Source: an uncultured Jatrophihabitans sp. (GTDB lineage: Bacteria > Actinomycetota > Actinomycetes > Mycobacteriales > Jatrophihabitantaceae). Taken from it: 64,000 nucleotides of DNA. The stretch covers positions 40,548-104,547 of the forward strand of contig NZ_CAXUNP010000009.1 of the NCBI RefSeq assembly GCF_964252635.1, written 5' to 3'. Below are positions 1 to 9,635 of the stretch, one piece after another. Under the pieces are notes generated by a model, which was not told the DNA's origin, did not search any database, and was given only the letters and a program-made list of their open reading frames with translations. Position 1 is the first letter of the stretch. Each line of letters opens with the position of its first letter. The position numbers were made by a program, and so were the translations under genes.

Positions 1-2
1 TG

Positions 3-413
3 ATGAAGGAGTCGCTGCGGCTCGTCGTCCCGGTGCCCGGCGTCATGCGGTGGGCCTCGACGGACACCGAGCTGCTCGGCTACCGCGTGCCCGCCGGCAC
101 CCACGTCGCAGCGAACCTGTGGGGGGTGCACCACTTCGAGGAGTGGTGGCCCGACCCCGAGCGCTTCGACCCCGGCCGGTTCGCCGACGACCGGCGCGAG
201 GACAAGGTGCACCGGCACGCCTTCATGCCCTTCGGCAACGGGGTGCACAAGTGCATCGGCATGTACTTCGGCGGTATGGAGATCAAGGCGACGATGCACC
301 AGCTGCTGCAGCGTTACCGCTTCTCGGTCCCCGACGGGTACGAGATGCCGATGGACTGGTCGTCGCTGCCCCGACCCAGGGACGGGCTGCCCGTCACGCT
401 GCACCGGCTGTGA
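3..413 (+). CDS. Cytochrome P450, C-terminal part (gene begins left of the window)
   Basis: ORF is open to the window edge. Heme-thiolate signature FMPFGNGVHKCIGMYFG (FxxGxxxCxG) lies about 60 aa before the stop at 411-413. Confidence 0.85.
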   Translation: MKESLRLVVPVPGVMRWASTDTELLGYRVPAGTHVAANLWGVHHFEEWWPDPERFDPGRFADDRREDKVHRHAFMPFGNGVHKCIGMYFGGMEIKATMHQLLQRYRFSVPDGYEMPMDWSSLPRPRDGLPVTLHRL

Positions 414-460
414 CGGACCAGCTGTGACGGACCGGCTGTGAAGGACCGGCTGCAACCGAC
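405..460. repeat. 14-bp tandem repeat, 4 progressively diverged units (CGGCTGTGACGGAC / CAGCTGTGACGGAC / CGGCTGTGAAGGAC / CGGCTGCAACCGAC)
   Basis: Read directly from the sequence. The first unit contains the P450 stop codon (411-413). Confidence 0.8.
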
Positions 461-517
461 GCGACCACGCCACGCGGTACGGCGCGGTCCGTGCCACCAT
501 GACCGCGTCCCGAACCG

Positions 518-1372
518 ATGCGAAAGGCAGCGCCTGTGACCTCCTCCCCGTCCCTCTCCGGCCGCACCATCCTCATGTCCGGCGGCAGCCGGGGCATCGG
601 CCTGGCCATCGCCGTGCGCGCCGCTCGGGACGGCGCGAACGTCGCGCTGCTGGCAAAGACGGACACACCCGACCCGCGGCTGCCCGGCACCGTGCACACC
701 GCCGCCGAGGAGATCACCGCGGCCGGTGGCACCGCGTTGCCGCTCGTGGGCGACGTGCGTGACGACGACTCGGTGGCCGACGCGGTGGCCCGCACCGTCG
801 AGCGCTTCGGCGGCATCGACATCGTCGTCAACAACGCCTCGGCCATCAACCTGTCCACGATCGGTGACCTGCCCCCCAAGCGCTACGACCTCATGCTCGA
901 CATCAACGCCCGGGGCACGTTCCTGCTGACCAGCGCGGCGCTGCCGCACCTGGCCGAGTCCGACAACCCGCACGTGCTGACGTTGTCGCCGCCGCTGAAC
1001 CTCGACCGCAAGTGGTTCGCCGACCACGCGCCGTACACGGTGAGCAAGTACGCGATGACGATGCTGACCCTGGGCGTGGCCGAGGGCCGTCGCGAGCAGG
1101 GCATCGCCGGCAACTGCCTGTGGCCCCGGACGCTCATCGCCACCGCCGCGGTGCAGAACCTGCTGGGCGGCGACGAGAGCGTGGCCAAGGCCCGGCGACC
1201 CGAGATCGTGGCCGACGCCGCCTACGCGATCCTGACCCGCTCGGCCCGCGAGTGCACCGGCAACACCTTCATCGACGACGAGGTGCTGGCCGCGGAGGGC
1301 GTCACGGACCTGAGCCCCTACCGCTACGGCGACGGCACCGAGGACGACCTGGCGCTCGACATCTTCCTCTGA
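518..1372 (+). CDS. Short-chain dehydrogenase/reductase (SDR) family oxidoreductase
   Basis: N-terminal dinucleotide motif MSGGSRGIGLAIA, NNAS motif (VVNNASA), catalytic YxxxK (YTVSKY). ATG at 518. Confidence 0.85.
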   Translation: MRKAAPVTSSPSLSGRTILMSGGSRGIGLAIAVRAARDGANVALLAKTDTPDPRLPGTVHTAAEEITAAGGTALPLVGDVRDDDSVADAVARTVERFGGIDIVVNNASAINLSTIGDLPPKRYDLMLDINARGTFLLTSAALPHLAESDNPHVLTLSPPLNLDRKWFADHAPYTVSKYAMTMLTLGVAEGRREQGIAGNCLWPRTLIATAAVQNLLGGDESVAKARRPEIVADAAYAILTRSARECTGNTFIDDEVLAAEGVTDLSPYRYGDGTEDDLALDIFL

Positions 1373-1401
1373 GCGCCGACCTCCGACCGGACATCGCGCA
1401 C

Positions 1402-2154
1402 GTGGCACCCAACGGATTCCTCGACACCGACGGGCCGGTCGCGTTCGCCCACCGCGGCTTCGCCGTCGCGGGTGGCGAGAACTCGATGGCCGCGTTCCAG
1501 GCCGCGGTGGACCTCGGCTACCGGTTCCTCGAGACCGACGTGCGGGTCACCGCCGACGGGGTCGCGCTGGCCTTCCACGACGCGACCCTCGACCGGGTGA
1601 CCGACGCCCACGGCCGGATCGACCGGCTGCCGTGGTCCGCGGTGCGGCGAGCGCGGATCGGCGGGACCGAGCCGATTCCCCTGCTCAGCGACGTGCTGGC
1701 CACCTGGCCCGACGTCTGCCTCAACCTCGACGTCAAGTCCGGTCCGGGCGTGGCCGCCACGGCCGCAGCGGTCCGCGCCACGGGTGCGCTCCCGCGGGTG
1801 TGCGTCGGCGCGTTCTCGGCCCGGCGGGTACACGCCGTCCGTCGACTGCTCGGACCGCGTCTCGTGACGGGCCTGGCTCCGCACGAGGCCCTGGGGCTGA
1901 GGGCCGCCCGCGGCCGCGTCGCCGCCGGGCTGCGTGGCCGCTGCGCCCAGGTACCGCCGCGACTGGGTCCCGTGACACTCGTCGACCGCAGCTACCTGGC
2001 CGCTGCACACCGGCTCGGGGTCCGGGTGCACGTCTGGACGGTCAACGACCGTGCGGAGATGACCAGGTTGCTCGACCTCGGCGTCGACGGCGTCATGACC
2101 GACCGGGCCGACGTCCTGCGCAACGTGCTCCGCGAGCGCGGGCAGTGGACCTGA
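1402..2154 (+). CDS. Glycerophosphodiester phosphodiesterase (GDPD) family protein
   Basis: Motifs FAHRGF..GENSMAAF, FLETDVRVTADGVALAFHD and C-terminal VHVWTVND..GVDGVMTD. The long ORF from 1012 overlaps the SDR gene; GTG 1402 is the first plausible start after the SDR stop (start uncertain). Confidence 0.8.
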   Translation: MAPNGFLDTDGPVAFAHRGFAVAGGENSMAAFQAAVDLGYRFLETDVRVTADGVALAFHDATLDRVTDAHGRIDRLPWSAVRRARIGGTEPIPLLSDVLATWPDVCLNLDVKSGPGVAATAAAVRATGALPRVCVGAFSARRVHAVRRLLGPRLVTGLAPHEALGLRAARGRVAAGLRGRCAQVPPRLGPVTLVDRSYLAAAHRLGVRVHVWTVNDRAEMTRLLDLGVDGVMTDRADVLRNVLRERGQWT

Positions 2155-2252
2155 CGGCCGGGCGGACCCGGTAGCCTCGCCGCGTGGTCGAGCCCCGCGA
2201 CGACGGAGCGCTGTCCTCCGTCCCCGCCGCCGGGAACCGGCGGGCGACGCCG

Positions 2253-2906
2253 ATGCCGGCCCAGCTGAAGTTCTTCTACGGCCCGATGGACTGCGGCAAG
2301 TCCACGCTCGCCCTGCAGATCGACCACAACCAGGCCCGGCAGGGCCGCCGCGGGCTGCGCCTCGTGCGGTACGACCGTTCGGGGGGCGCCAGCATCACGA
2401 CCCGGGTGGGTCTCGCCCGCGACGCGATCGAGGTCGACGACGACACCGACGTGCGGAACCTCGTCAGGGACCGCTGGGCAACGGGGCAGCACGTCGACTA
2501 CCTCATCGTCGACGAGGCCGGCTTCCTGACCGCCGCGCACGTCGACCAGCTCGCCGAGCTCGTCGACGACTGGCACGTCGACGTCTACTGCTTCGGGCTG
2601 GTCACAGACTTCCGCACGATCCTGCTGCCCGGCGCGCAACGGCTCGTCGAGCTGGCCGACGAGATCGCGCCCGTGCACGTCGAGGTGCTGTGCTGGTGCG
2701 GCCGGCCCGGGCGCCTGAACGCGCGCGTCGTCGACGGGCGCGTCGTGCGCGAGGGCGACACCGTCGTGGTGGCCGACACCGCGGCGCCCGAGGACTCCGG
2801 CGCTGTCGAGGCTGCGGTGCACTACCAGGTGCTGTGCCGTATGCACCACCGCCGCGGTGACCTCGGCACGACCACGGTGCGCGGTCAGCTCAGCCTCGAG
2901 GTCTGA
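2253..2906 (+). CDS. tdk: Thymidine kinase
   Basis: LKFFYGPMDCGKSTLALQ P-loop, IVDEAGFL Walker B, C-terminal Cys cluster (CWCG...LCRMHH). ATG 2253 is the internal Met of ORF 2184-2906. Confidence 0.9.
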   Translation: MPAQLKFFYGPMDCGKSTLALQIDHNQARQGRRGLRLVRYDRSGGASITTRVGLARDAIEVDDDTDVRNLVRDRWATGQHVDYLIVDEAGFLTAAHVDQLAELVDDWHVDVYCFGLVTDFRTILLPGAQRLVELADEIAPVHVEVLCWCGRPGRLNARVVDGRVVREGDTVVVADTAAPEDSGAVEAAVHYQVLCRMHHRRGDLGTTTVRGQLSLEV

Positions 2907-3009
2907 TCGCGGGGTCGCGCGGGCCCGCTCGGACCCCCACTCCACCGGTGCGACTGGCACGCCACTGAGTCGCAAGGGCTTGACATCGTTACCTCGGGCA
3001 CCATAGGGG

Positions 3010-3035
3010 GGAATCCTGATGTCGAGTGGCTCGTT
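3010..3035 (+). promoter_or_regulatory. Candidate SigR/SigH-type promoter (GGAAT-N18-GTT) upstream of rbpA
   Basis: GGAAT at 3010-3014, exactly 18 nt spacer, GTT at 3033-3035, about 70 nt upstream of the rbpA ATG. As I recall, rbpA is a SigR target in Streptomyces. Confidence 0.45.
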
Positions 3036-3105
3036 GAACCATTCGTACGCGAGCCCACGAACATCCTGGTAGGGCTCACCACTACCGCCCGAGGAGGTGC
3101 CCACC

Positions 3106-3453
3106 ATGGCAGATCGCACTTTGCGGGGCAGTCGGCTCGGTGCCATCAGCTACGAGACCGAGTACGGGGCAGAGCCTGCCCCGCGCAACGTCGCCGCGTA
3201 CCGCTGTGAACGCGGCCACGAGTTCACCGTGCCGTTCTCCGAGGAAGCAGAGATCCCCAGCACGTGGGACTGCCGACTCGACGGCACCGTCGCCAAGTTG
3301 ATCGACGGCCCGGAGCCCGAGGCCAAGAAGGTCAAGGCTCCGCGCACGCACTGGGACATGCTCATGGAGCGTCGCACCATCGCCGATCTCGAAGAGGTCC
3401 TGGCCGAGCGGCTCGACGTCCTGCGCGCCCGACGGGGCCAGAAGAGCGCCTGA
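3106..3453 (+). CDS. rbpA: RNA polymerase-binding protein RbpA
   Basis: MADRTLRGSRLGAISYETE...PRTHWDMLMERRTIADLEEVLAERL is near-collinear with mycobacterial/streptomycete RbpA as I remember it. SD GAGGAGG lies upstream of ATG 3106. Confidence 0.95.
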   Translation: MADRTLRGSRLGAISYETEYGAEPAPRNVAAYRCERGHEFTVPFSEEAEIPSTWDCRLDGTVAKLIDGPEPEAKKVKAPRTHWDMLMERRTIADLEEVLAERLDVLRARRGQKSA

Positions 3454-3476
3454 CCCACTGATCCGGCCTCGGCCGG

Positions 3477-4550
3477 TCAGTCGAACAACGACAACTGCTC
3501 CACCGCGGGCCGCTTCGGCGGCAGCGGTGGCAGTCGTCGGGGCGCACCTGTCCGCCACCAGCGCCGCTCGCCGGGAGCATCCGCATAGGCCGGTGCCGGT
3601 GTGACGGTCTCGCCGGCGTCGGCCGGTTCGACGTCGGCCAGCACACGCACCGCGTTCGCCGCCGACCAGGTCAGGTTGTGCTCGCGGAAGACCGCGGCGA
3701 CCGGGTCCGCGGCCAAGGGCAGCACACCCACTCCCCCAGCCAGCTCGAGGCCGAGCTCGACGTCGCGATGCATCGTCATGACCTGGCAGTTGAGCTCCCA
3801 CGCCTCGCGGGCGCCGTCACAGGCCATCCTGCGGGCGGCGCCCTGACCCAGCCGGGCCGTCACCGCATCCAGGTCGTCGAACGCGGCACGCGCCGAGCCG
3901 AACTCACCCAGCAGGCGTGCCGCCAGCTTGGGCCCGACCCCGCGGACGCCGGGCAGGTTGTCCGACGGGTCACCACGCAGCGCCGCGTAGTCGCGGTACT
4001 GGTGCGGGTGCACGCCGAGCAGCAGCACTAGACGTTCGGCGGTCATGGTGGGTGAGGCGTCGACCCCGCCGTTGATGATGCGCAGCACGTGCGTGTGCTC
4101 GTCGATGAGCGCGAAGGCGTCACGGTCCGAGGTCACCACGACCGTCCGGGCGCCGTGGCGGGGTGCGTACTCGGCACACGAGGCCAGGACGTCGTCGGCC
4201 TCCAGACCGGCGGGCACGACCACCGCGACGCCGATCCGGCGCAACACGTCGACGGCCTCCGCCAGCTGCTCCACGAGGGTGTCGAGCTTGTCGACACGGT
4301 TGGCCTTGTAACCCGGCCACCGTTCGCGGCGCGTCGAACGGTCGGGGTCGTCGAAGCCGACCACGACCACGGCCGGGCGGACCCGCTCGACGGCCGCCAC
4401 CAGCTGCGTCAGCAGCCCCCGGACCGCCCACGACGCCTGCCCGGTCTGGGCCTGGGCGTGGAAGCTGCGGTGGACGAGGGAGTTGCCGTCGACGGCGAGG
4501 ACGACCGGCTGCTGCACGTCGACCACTCTGCCACCTGCCGCCGACGACAT
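3477..4550 (-). CDS. 5'-3' exonuclease / flap endonuclease (FEN/Pol I N-terminal domain family) with C-terminal QLSLF tail
   Basis: LAVDGNSLVHRSFHA, acidic metal-site clusters (GFDD, TSDRD), H3TH motif LRGDPSDNLPGVRGVGPKLAARLL. The protein ends ...EQLSLFD. ATG 4550 lies 3 nt after the ppm1 stop. Confidence 0.85.
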   Translation of the reverse strand: MSSAAGGRVVDVQQPVVLAVDGNSLVHRSFHAQAQTGQASWAVRGLLTQLVAAVERVRPAVVVVGFDDPDRSTRRERWPGYKANRVDKLDTLVEQLAEAVDVLRRIGVAVVVPAGLEADDVLASCAEYAPRHGARTVVVTSDRDAFALIDEHTHVLRIINGGVDASPTMTAERLVLLLGVHPHQYRDYAALRGDPSDNLPGVRGVGPKLAARLLGEFGSARAAFDDLDAVTARLGQGAARRMACDGAREAWELNCQVMTMHRDVELGLELAGGVGVLPLAADPVAAVFREHNLTWSAANAVRVLADVEPADAGETVTPAPAYADAPGERRWWRTGAPRRLPPLPPKRPAVEQLSLFD

Positions 4551-4553
4551 GTC

Positions 4554-5294
4554 TCAGCGACGCCCGCGGACCAGCCCACGCAGCTGGTCGGCGCGGTGCC
4601 GGACCCCCCATTGCGTCACCCGGGTGAAGGCCTCACGCACGATCTCGCTGCTCATCTTGGACTCGCCGCGCTCGCGCTCGACGAAGGTGATCGGCACCTC
4701 GACGACCCGGAACCCGGCGTCGAGGGCGCGGCGGGCGAGGTCGACCTGGAAGCAGTACCCCTGCGAGGCCACCCCGGCGTAGTCGATGCGTTCGAGCACC
4801 TCGCGCCGGAACGCACGGTAGCCGCCGGTGGCGTCGCGCAGCCGCAGCCCGAGGGCGAGCCGGGTGTAGAGGTTTCCGCCGCGCGAGATGAGCTCGCGCG
4901 AACGGGGCCAGTTCACGACGGACCCGCCCGGGACGTAGCGCGAACCCAGGACGAGATCGGCCCGGTCGAGGGCGGCCAGCAACCGCGGGAGCTGCTCGGG
5001 CGCGTGCGAACCGTCGGCATCCATCTCGACGAGCACGTCGTAGCCCTGGTCCAGCCCCCAGCCGAAACCGGCGATGTACGCCGCCCCGAGGCCGGCCTTC
5101 GCGGTCCGGTGCAGGACGTGGATGTGGTCGTCGCCGTCCGCCAGCTCGTCGGCGATCTTGCCCGTTCCGTCCGGGCTGCCGTCGTCGACCACGAGCAGGT
5201 GCGCGTCGGGCACGGACGCCCTGACCCGGCCGATGATCCGCTCGATGTTCTCGCGCTCGTCGTAGGTCGGGACGACCACCAACACCCGGCTCAT
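4554..5294 (-). CDS. ppm1: Polyprenol-monophosphomannose synthase (GT2, dolichyl-phosphate mannosyltransferase-like)
   Basis: GT2 motifs [34 protein letters not shown] at 5294 overlaps the lnt stop (ATGA). The rest of ORF 4554-6092 is out-of-frame overlap with lnt. Confidence 0.9.
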   Translation of the reverse strand: MSRVLVVVPTYDERENIERIIGRVRASVPDAHLLVVDDGSPDGTGKIADELADGDDHIHVLHRTAKAGLGAAYIAGFGWGLDQGYDVLVEMDADGSHAPEQLPRLLAALDRADLVLGSRYVPGGSVVNWPRSRELISRGGNLYTRLALGLRLRDATGGYRAFRREVLERIDYAGVASQGYCFQVDLARRALDAGFRVVEVPITFVERERGESKMSSEIVREAFTRVTQWGVRHRADQLRGLVRGRR

Positions 5295-6955
5295 CGGTGC
5301 GCAACCTCCTCCTGCTCGACCCCGCTCGCTGTGCCCTCGTCCCGCTGGCGCGCCGACGCTGCGGTCCGGTCGCCCCGGCGGCGCCAGACCGCGAACAGCA
5401 GACCGGCGAGCGCGGCTGCGCTCAACACCCATTCGGGTACCGCGCCGATCCGGGTCGCCAGCGTAGTGGCCGTCCGGACGGGCACGGCGTGGACCAGGAT
5501 CGCCGAGCGGTACAGCGGCCCTGAGCTCAGGATCACCCGGCCGTCCGGGCCGATCAGGGCCGACTTGCCGGTCGTGGCCGCCTGCACGACCGTGCGGCCC
5601 AGCTCGACGGCCCGCAACTGGCTCATGGCCAGCTGCTGGTAGGTCTCCGGGGTGTGCCCGAAGGTGGCGTTGTTGGTCTGCACGACGACGAGCCGGGCTC
5701 CGGCCGCGACCGACGAGCGGACGAGGTCGTCGTAGGCGACCTCGAAGCAGATGACGTCGCCGATCGGTACCGGGCCGCCCCGCAGCAGCCCGTTGCCCTT
5801 GCCCGCCACCATGTCCTGGGTGACCGTCTTGGCGTCGGAGCTGACGGCCTGCGCGATACCGCGCAGCGGGATGTACTCGGCGAACGGCACCGGGTGCCGC
5901 TTGACGTAGCGTGCGCCGGGGCCGGTGGTCGGCGACCACAGGATGCCGACGTTGCGGCGGTGCGTCGGGCCCGGCCCCTGCAGGATGGCCCCGACGAGCA
6001 CGGGCGCGCCGACGGCCTTCACGGCCCGGTCGATCTTGGCGTAGGCGCCGGCGTCCTCGAACGGGTCGACGTCGGAGGCGTTCTCGGGCCACAGCACCAG
6101 GCTCGGCCGGGCCACCGTCCCGGCCTTCACCTCGGCCGCGAGCTTCAGCGTCTGGCGGACGTGGTTGTCGAGGACCTGCTCGGCGCGGGTCTCGATGTCG
6201 AGGGTGCCGGTGTCGGGCAGCCCGCCCTGGATGACGGCGACGGTCTCCTGCCGGCCGCCGTCACCGGGGTCGAGCGGGACGGCCAGCACCAGCCCGACGA
6301 CGGGCACCGCCACCAGCGCGACCAGGCCCGCGACGAGCGGCCGTCGCAGCGTGGGCCACGCCGCCAGGCCGGCCTCGGCCAGCCCGGCCCCGGCCACCGC
6401 GACCACGAACGTCACCAACGGTGCGCCGCCCAGTGGCGCGAACCACTTGAGTGGCGAGCTCGCCTGGCTGAACGCGAGTCGGCCCCACGGGAACCCGCCG
6501 AACGGGATGCGGTCGCGCAGGAACTCCTGCCCGACCCACGCCGCGCCGACCCAGAAGATGCGTCCCGGCAGCCGCACCAGCACGGTGAGCGCGGCCCCGA
6601 GGACGGCGAAGAACAGCGCGAAGAACAGGCCCAGGATGAGCCAGGGAACGGGGCCGACGTAGATGCCCGTCCAGTGCACCAGCGGCAGCAGGAACGCGGC
6701 GCCGTAGAGGTAGCCCAGCCACGCCCCGGTGCGCGCGCGGCGACCGTCGACGGCCACCGACAGGGCGGCGACGCTGAGGAACGCGAACGGCCACCATCCG
6801 AAACGCGGGAACGCCAGGACCCCCGCCGCGCCGCCTCCGACGGCGGCGAGCGCGGCCCAGCGCGCCGGGAAGCGCGGCGCGCGGACGGGGTGCATCGGAC
6901 CAGTATCGCCGAGCCCCGCTGAGGCGACACCGACCTCGCCGACCGCCGCCGTCAC
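5291..6955 (-). CDS. lnt: Apolipoprotein N-acyltransferase
   Basis: Multi-TM N-terminal half plus CN-hydrolase domain (LVLWPENA, catalytic Cys in VICFEVAY). GTG 6955 overlaps the stop of the upstream amidohydrolase reading frame; an alternative ATG is at 6895. Confidence 0.9.
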   Translation of the reverse strand: MTAAVGEVGVASAGLGDTGPMHPVRAPRFPARWAALAAVGGGAAGVLAFPRFGWWPFAFLSVAALSVAVDGRRARTGAWLGYLYGAAFLLPLVHWTGIYVGPVPWLILGLFFALFFAVLGAALTVLVRLPGRIFWVGAAWVGQEFLRDRIPFGGFPWGRLAFSQASSPLKWFAPLGGAPLVTFVVAVAGAGLAEAGLAAWPTLRRPLVAGLVALVAVPVVGLVLAVPLDPGDGGRQETVAVIQGGLPDTGTLDIETRAEQVLDNHVRQTLKLAAEVKAGTVARPSLVLWPENASDVDPFEDAGAYAKIDRAVKAVGAPVLVGAILQGPGPTHRRNVGILWSPTTGPGARYVKRHPVPFAEYIPLRGIAQAVSSDAKTVTQDMVAGKGNGLLRGGPVPIGDVICFEVAYDDLVRSSVAAGARLVVVQTNNATFGHTPETYQQLAMSQLRAVELGRTVVQAATTGKSALIGPDGRVILSSGPLYRSAILVHAVPVRTATTLATRIGAVPEWVLSAAALAGLLFAVWRRRGDRTAASARQRDEGTASGVEQEEVAHR

Positions 6956-8474
6956 CCCGTCTCGTGCAGCACGTGGCCGCGCAGCACCGTGGCCCGGCAG
7001 GTCGGCAGGCCGGCCGGGTCGTCCAGCGGCGGGAGGTCGTGCCCGTCGTCGGCGGTCCGCCAGACGCGAACGTCGCCGGCCGGCCGGGCGCCAGCACGCC
7101 CTCGACGTCGTGCCCCGCCGCCTGCCACCCGGCGCGCGTGTGCGCCTCGAACGCGGCCTCGACCGGGATCGAGGCAGCCGGGTCGTGATGGTGGGTGGCG
7201 GCGCGCACCGCGGCCCAGGGGCCGAGCTCGGTGACCGGCGAGTCCGAGCCCAGGACCAGGGGCACGCCGGCGGAGACGAGGTCGGCCAGCCGGTTCAGAG
7301 CCAGCGAGCGGTCGCCGCCGAGACGCTGCGCGTACATGCCGTCGCGCCCGCCCCACAACGCGTCGAAGCAGGGCTGCATCGAGGCCGTCAGCCCGGACGC
7401 GGCGAGCCGGGCCGGGTCACGGACGTACTCGGCGTGCTCGATGCGCTGACCCGCGCCTGCCGTCCGTCCCAGCCGGGCCGAGGCCAGCTCGTAGGCGTCC
7501 AGCACCTGGTCCACGGCGGCGTCGCCGATCGCGTGGAACCCGGACTGCAGGCCGGCGACGGCGCAGGCCTCCACGTGCGCGGCCATGTCCTGCGTGGCGA
7601 AGCGCAGCAGGCCCGTCTCGCCCGGGTGGCTGGCGTACGGCTCACGCAGCGCGGCGGTCGCCGAACCGAGCGAGCCGTCGCAGAACAGGTCGCCGGCGGC
7701 TCCGACGGCGCCCAGCTGGCGGGCTTTCTCGACGGCCCCCAGCTCGCCCCAGTACGGCGTCACGTCCGGCAACGACGGGTCCGCGGCCAGCACGATCAGC
7801 TCGACCAGGTCGTCCTCGGTGCTGATGACCGGCCCGGCCATCTCGTGCACGGCGGCGATCCCGAGTGACGCCGCCCGGCGCAGCATGGCCAGCTGCGCGT
7901 CCCGGCGTTGCGCCCGAGTCAGCGACGCCAGGGCCACCTCGCGCACCCGGTCGTGCGCCGGCTCGCGGATCCAGCCGTTCTCGCCGACCCCCGCCCCGGC
8001 GAGGCCGGGCACCGCGGCCCGCAGCGCCGACGACACCACCGCCGAGTGCACGTCGACCCGCGCCAGGTAGACCACGCCGCCGTAGGACGCGCGGTCCAGC
8101 TCCGCCGACGTCGGCGGCCGCCCCTCAGGCCAGTCGGTCTCACTCCACCCGCCGCCGAGCACGGGACGGCCCCGCGCCGACCGGGCGGCGTCCTCCACCG
8201 CCCGCAGCGCCTCGCCCAGGGAGCGGCAGCCGCTGAGGTCCAGCGCGGTCAACGCCAACCCGGTGGACGTCGCGTGGACATGCGCGTCGACGAACGCCGG
8301 CGCGACCCATCCCCCGTCGAGGTCGACGACACGTGTCCCGACCCGGCCGGCATCGGCCTCGGCCCGGTGCTCGTCACCGACCCACTCGATCATCCCGTCG
8401 TCGCCCACCATCAGGGCCGTCGGCCGTCGTGCGGCCGGGGTGTGGATTCGTCCGTGGCGGTAGAGGGTGGGCAC
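6952..8474 (-). pseudogene. Metal-dependent amidohydrolase (YtcJ-like, amidohydrolase 3), reading frame broken near 7073-7090
   Basis: N-terminus VPTLYRHGRIHTP..., FVDAHVHA metal motif and GFHAIGD are in one frame. The expected C-terminus PG(RP)ADVRVW...[11 protein letters not shown]-stop (6952) is in another frame. The switch falls in the GGCCGGCCGG run. The uninterrupted frame would read through lnt as Arg/Gly-rich junk. Confidence 0.6.
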
Positions 8475-8603
8475 CCGTCCGAGTGTGCCAGCGCGGTCGG
8501 TGCGCACCCGGCGGGCGATCACCGGCGCCGGACGGGCCGGGGACCGGTAGCGTTTACGCGACCCGGCGGCCGCAGCCGGCGTCACCACCGACAGGAGCAC
8601 CGC

Positions 8604-9635
8604 GTGGTCGCGAGCATCGAGGACGTCGCCCGCCGGGCCGGCGTGTCGATCGCGACGGTCTCCCGGGCGCTGCGCGGGCTCCCGGACGTCGCGGCCGGCA
8701 CCCGCGACCGCGTCCTCACCGCGGCCAACGAGCTCAACTACGTGGCCTCGCCGTTCGCGGCCCGGCTGGCCAGCGGACGGACGGCGACGATCGGGCTCGT
8801 GGTCCCGTTCGTCAACCGCTGGTTCTTCGCCGAGGTCATCGCCACCGTCGAGGCCGAGCTGCGCCAGGCGGGTTTCGACCTCCTGCTCTACAACCTGGGC
8901 GACGAGGACGGCCGGCGTCGCTTCTTCGACGAGATGCCGATGCGCAAGCGCGTCGACGGCGTGCTGGTCGCCAGCCTCGTGCTCGAGGACGCCGAGTTCG
9001 ACGCGCTCACCGCCCTGCACCGCCCGGTCGGGCTGCTCGGCATCGAGCGGGAGGGTTTCCTGTCGGCCGGCATCGACGACGTCGCCGCCGCCCGCGCGGC
9101 CGTCGACCATCTCGTGAGCCTGGGACACCGCCGCATCGGGCTCATCGGCGGCGACACCGACGACCCGATGCGGTTCACGCCGCCGCTGCACCGCCGCGAC
9201 GGGTACCGGCACAGCCTCGCCGCGGTCGGCGTCGAGCCCGACCCCGACCTCGAGCGGCTCGGCTACTTCACGGTCGAGGGCGGCCGGTCCGCGACCCGGA
9301 GCTTCCTCGAACTGCCCGACCGGCCGACCGCGATCTTCGCCGAGAGCGACGAGATGGCCTACGGCGCCATCCGCGAGATCTACCGCTCCGGGCTGGTGCC
9401 GGGCGAGGAGGTCGCGGTGATGGGCTTCGACGACCAGCCGTTCGCCGAGCTCATGGACCTGTCCACCGTGCGTCAACCGGTCGGCGTGCAGGCCCAGGAC
9501 GTCACCACCAGACTGCTCGCCCGGATCGCCGGGGCCGACGACGACGACGGGGACCCGCGGGACCCGGCGGTGGTGCTGCCCACCGAGCTCGTCCTGCGGG
9601 CCAGCACCCAGGGCCCGGACGGAGCCTCGTCATGA
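8604..9635 (+). CDS. LacI family transcriptional regulator
   Basis: N-terminal HTH VASIEDVARRAGVSIATVSRALRG, sugar-binding-fold C-terminus (GFDD). SD AGGAG is 6 nt upstream of GTG 8604. The stop overlaps the next gene's ATG (ATGA at 9632-9635). Confidence 0.9.
   Translation: MVASIEDVARRAGVSIATVSRALRGLPDVAAGTRDRVLTAANELNYVASPFAARLASGRTATIGLVVPFVNRWFFAEVIATVEAELRQAGFDLLLYNLGDEDGRRRFFDEMPMRKRVDGVLVASLVLEDAEFDALTALHRPVGLLGIEREGFLSAGIDDVAAARAAVDHLVSLGHRRIGLIGGDTDDPMRFTPPLHRRDGYRHSLAAVGVEPDPDLERLGYFTVEGGRSATRSFLELPDRPTAIFAESDEMAYGAIREIYRSGLVPGEEVAVMGFDDQPFAELMDLSTVRQPVGVQAQDVTTRLLARIAGADDDDGDPRDPAVVLPTELVLRASTQGPDGASS

Noticed and set aside
6261-9476. 1071-aa ORF on the minus strand
   Set aside because: Composite artefact. 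Only the central roughly 460 codons (amidohydrolase) look like protein. The 5' part is antisense to the LacI gene, and the 3' part is Arg/Gly/Ala-rich read-through across lnt caused by the frameshift and the scarcity of stop codons in GC-rich DNA.
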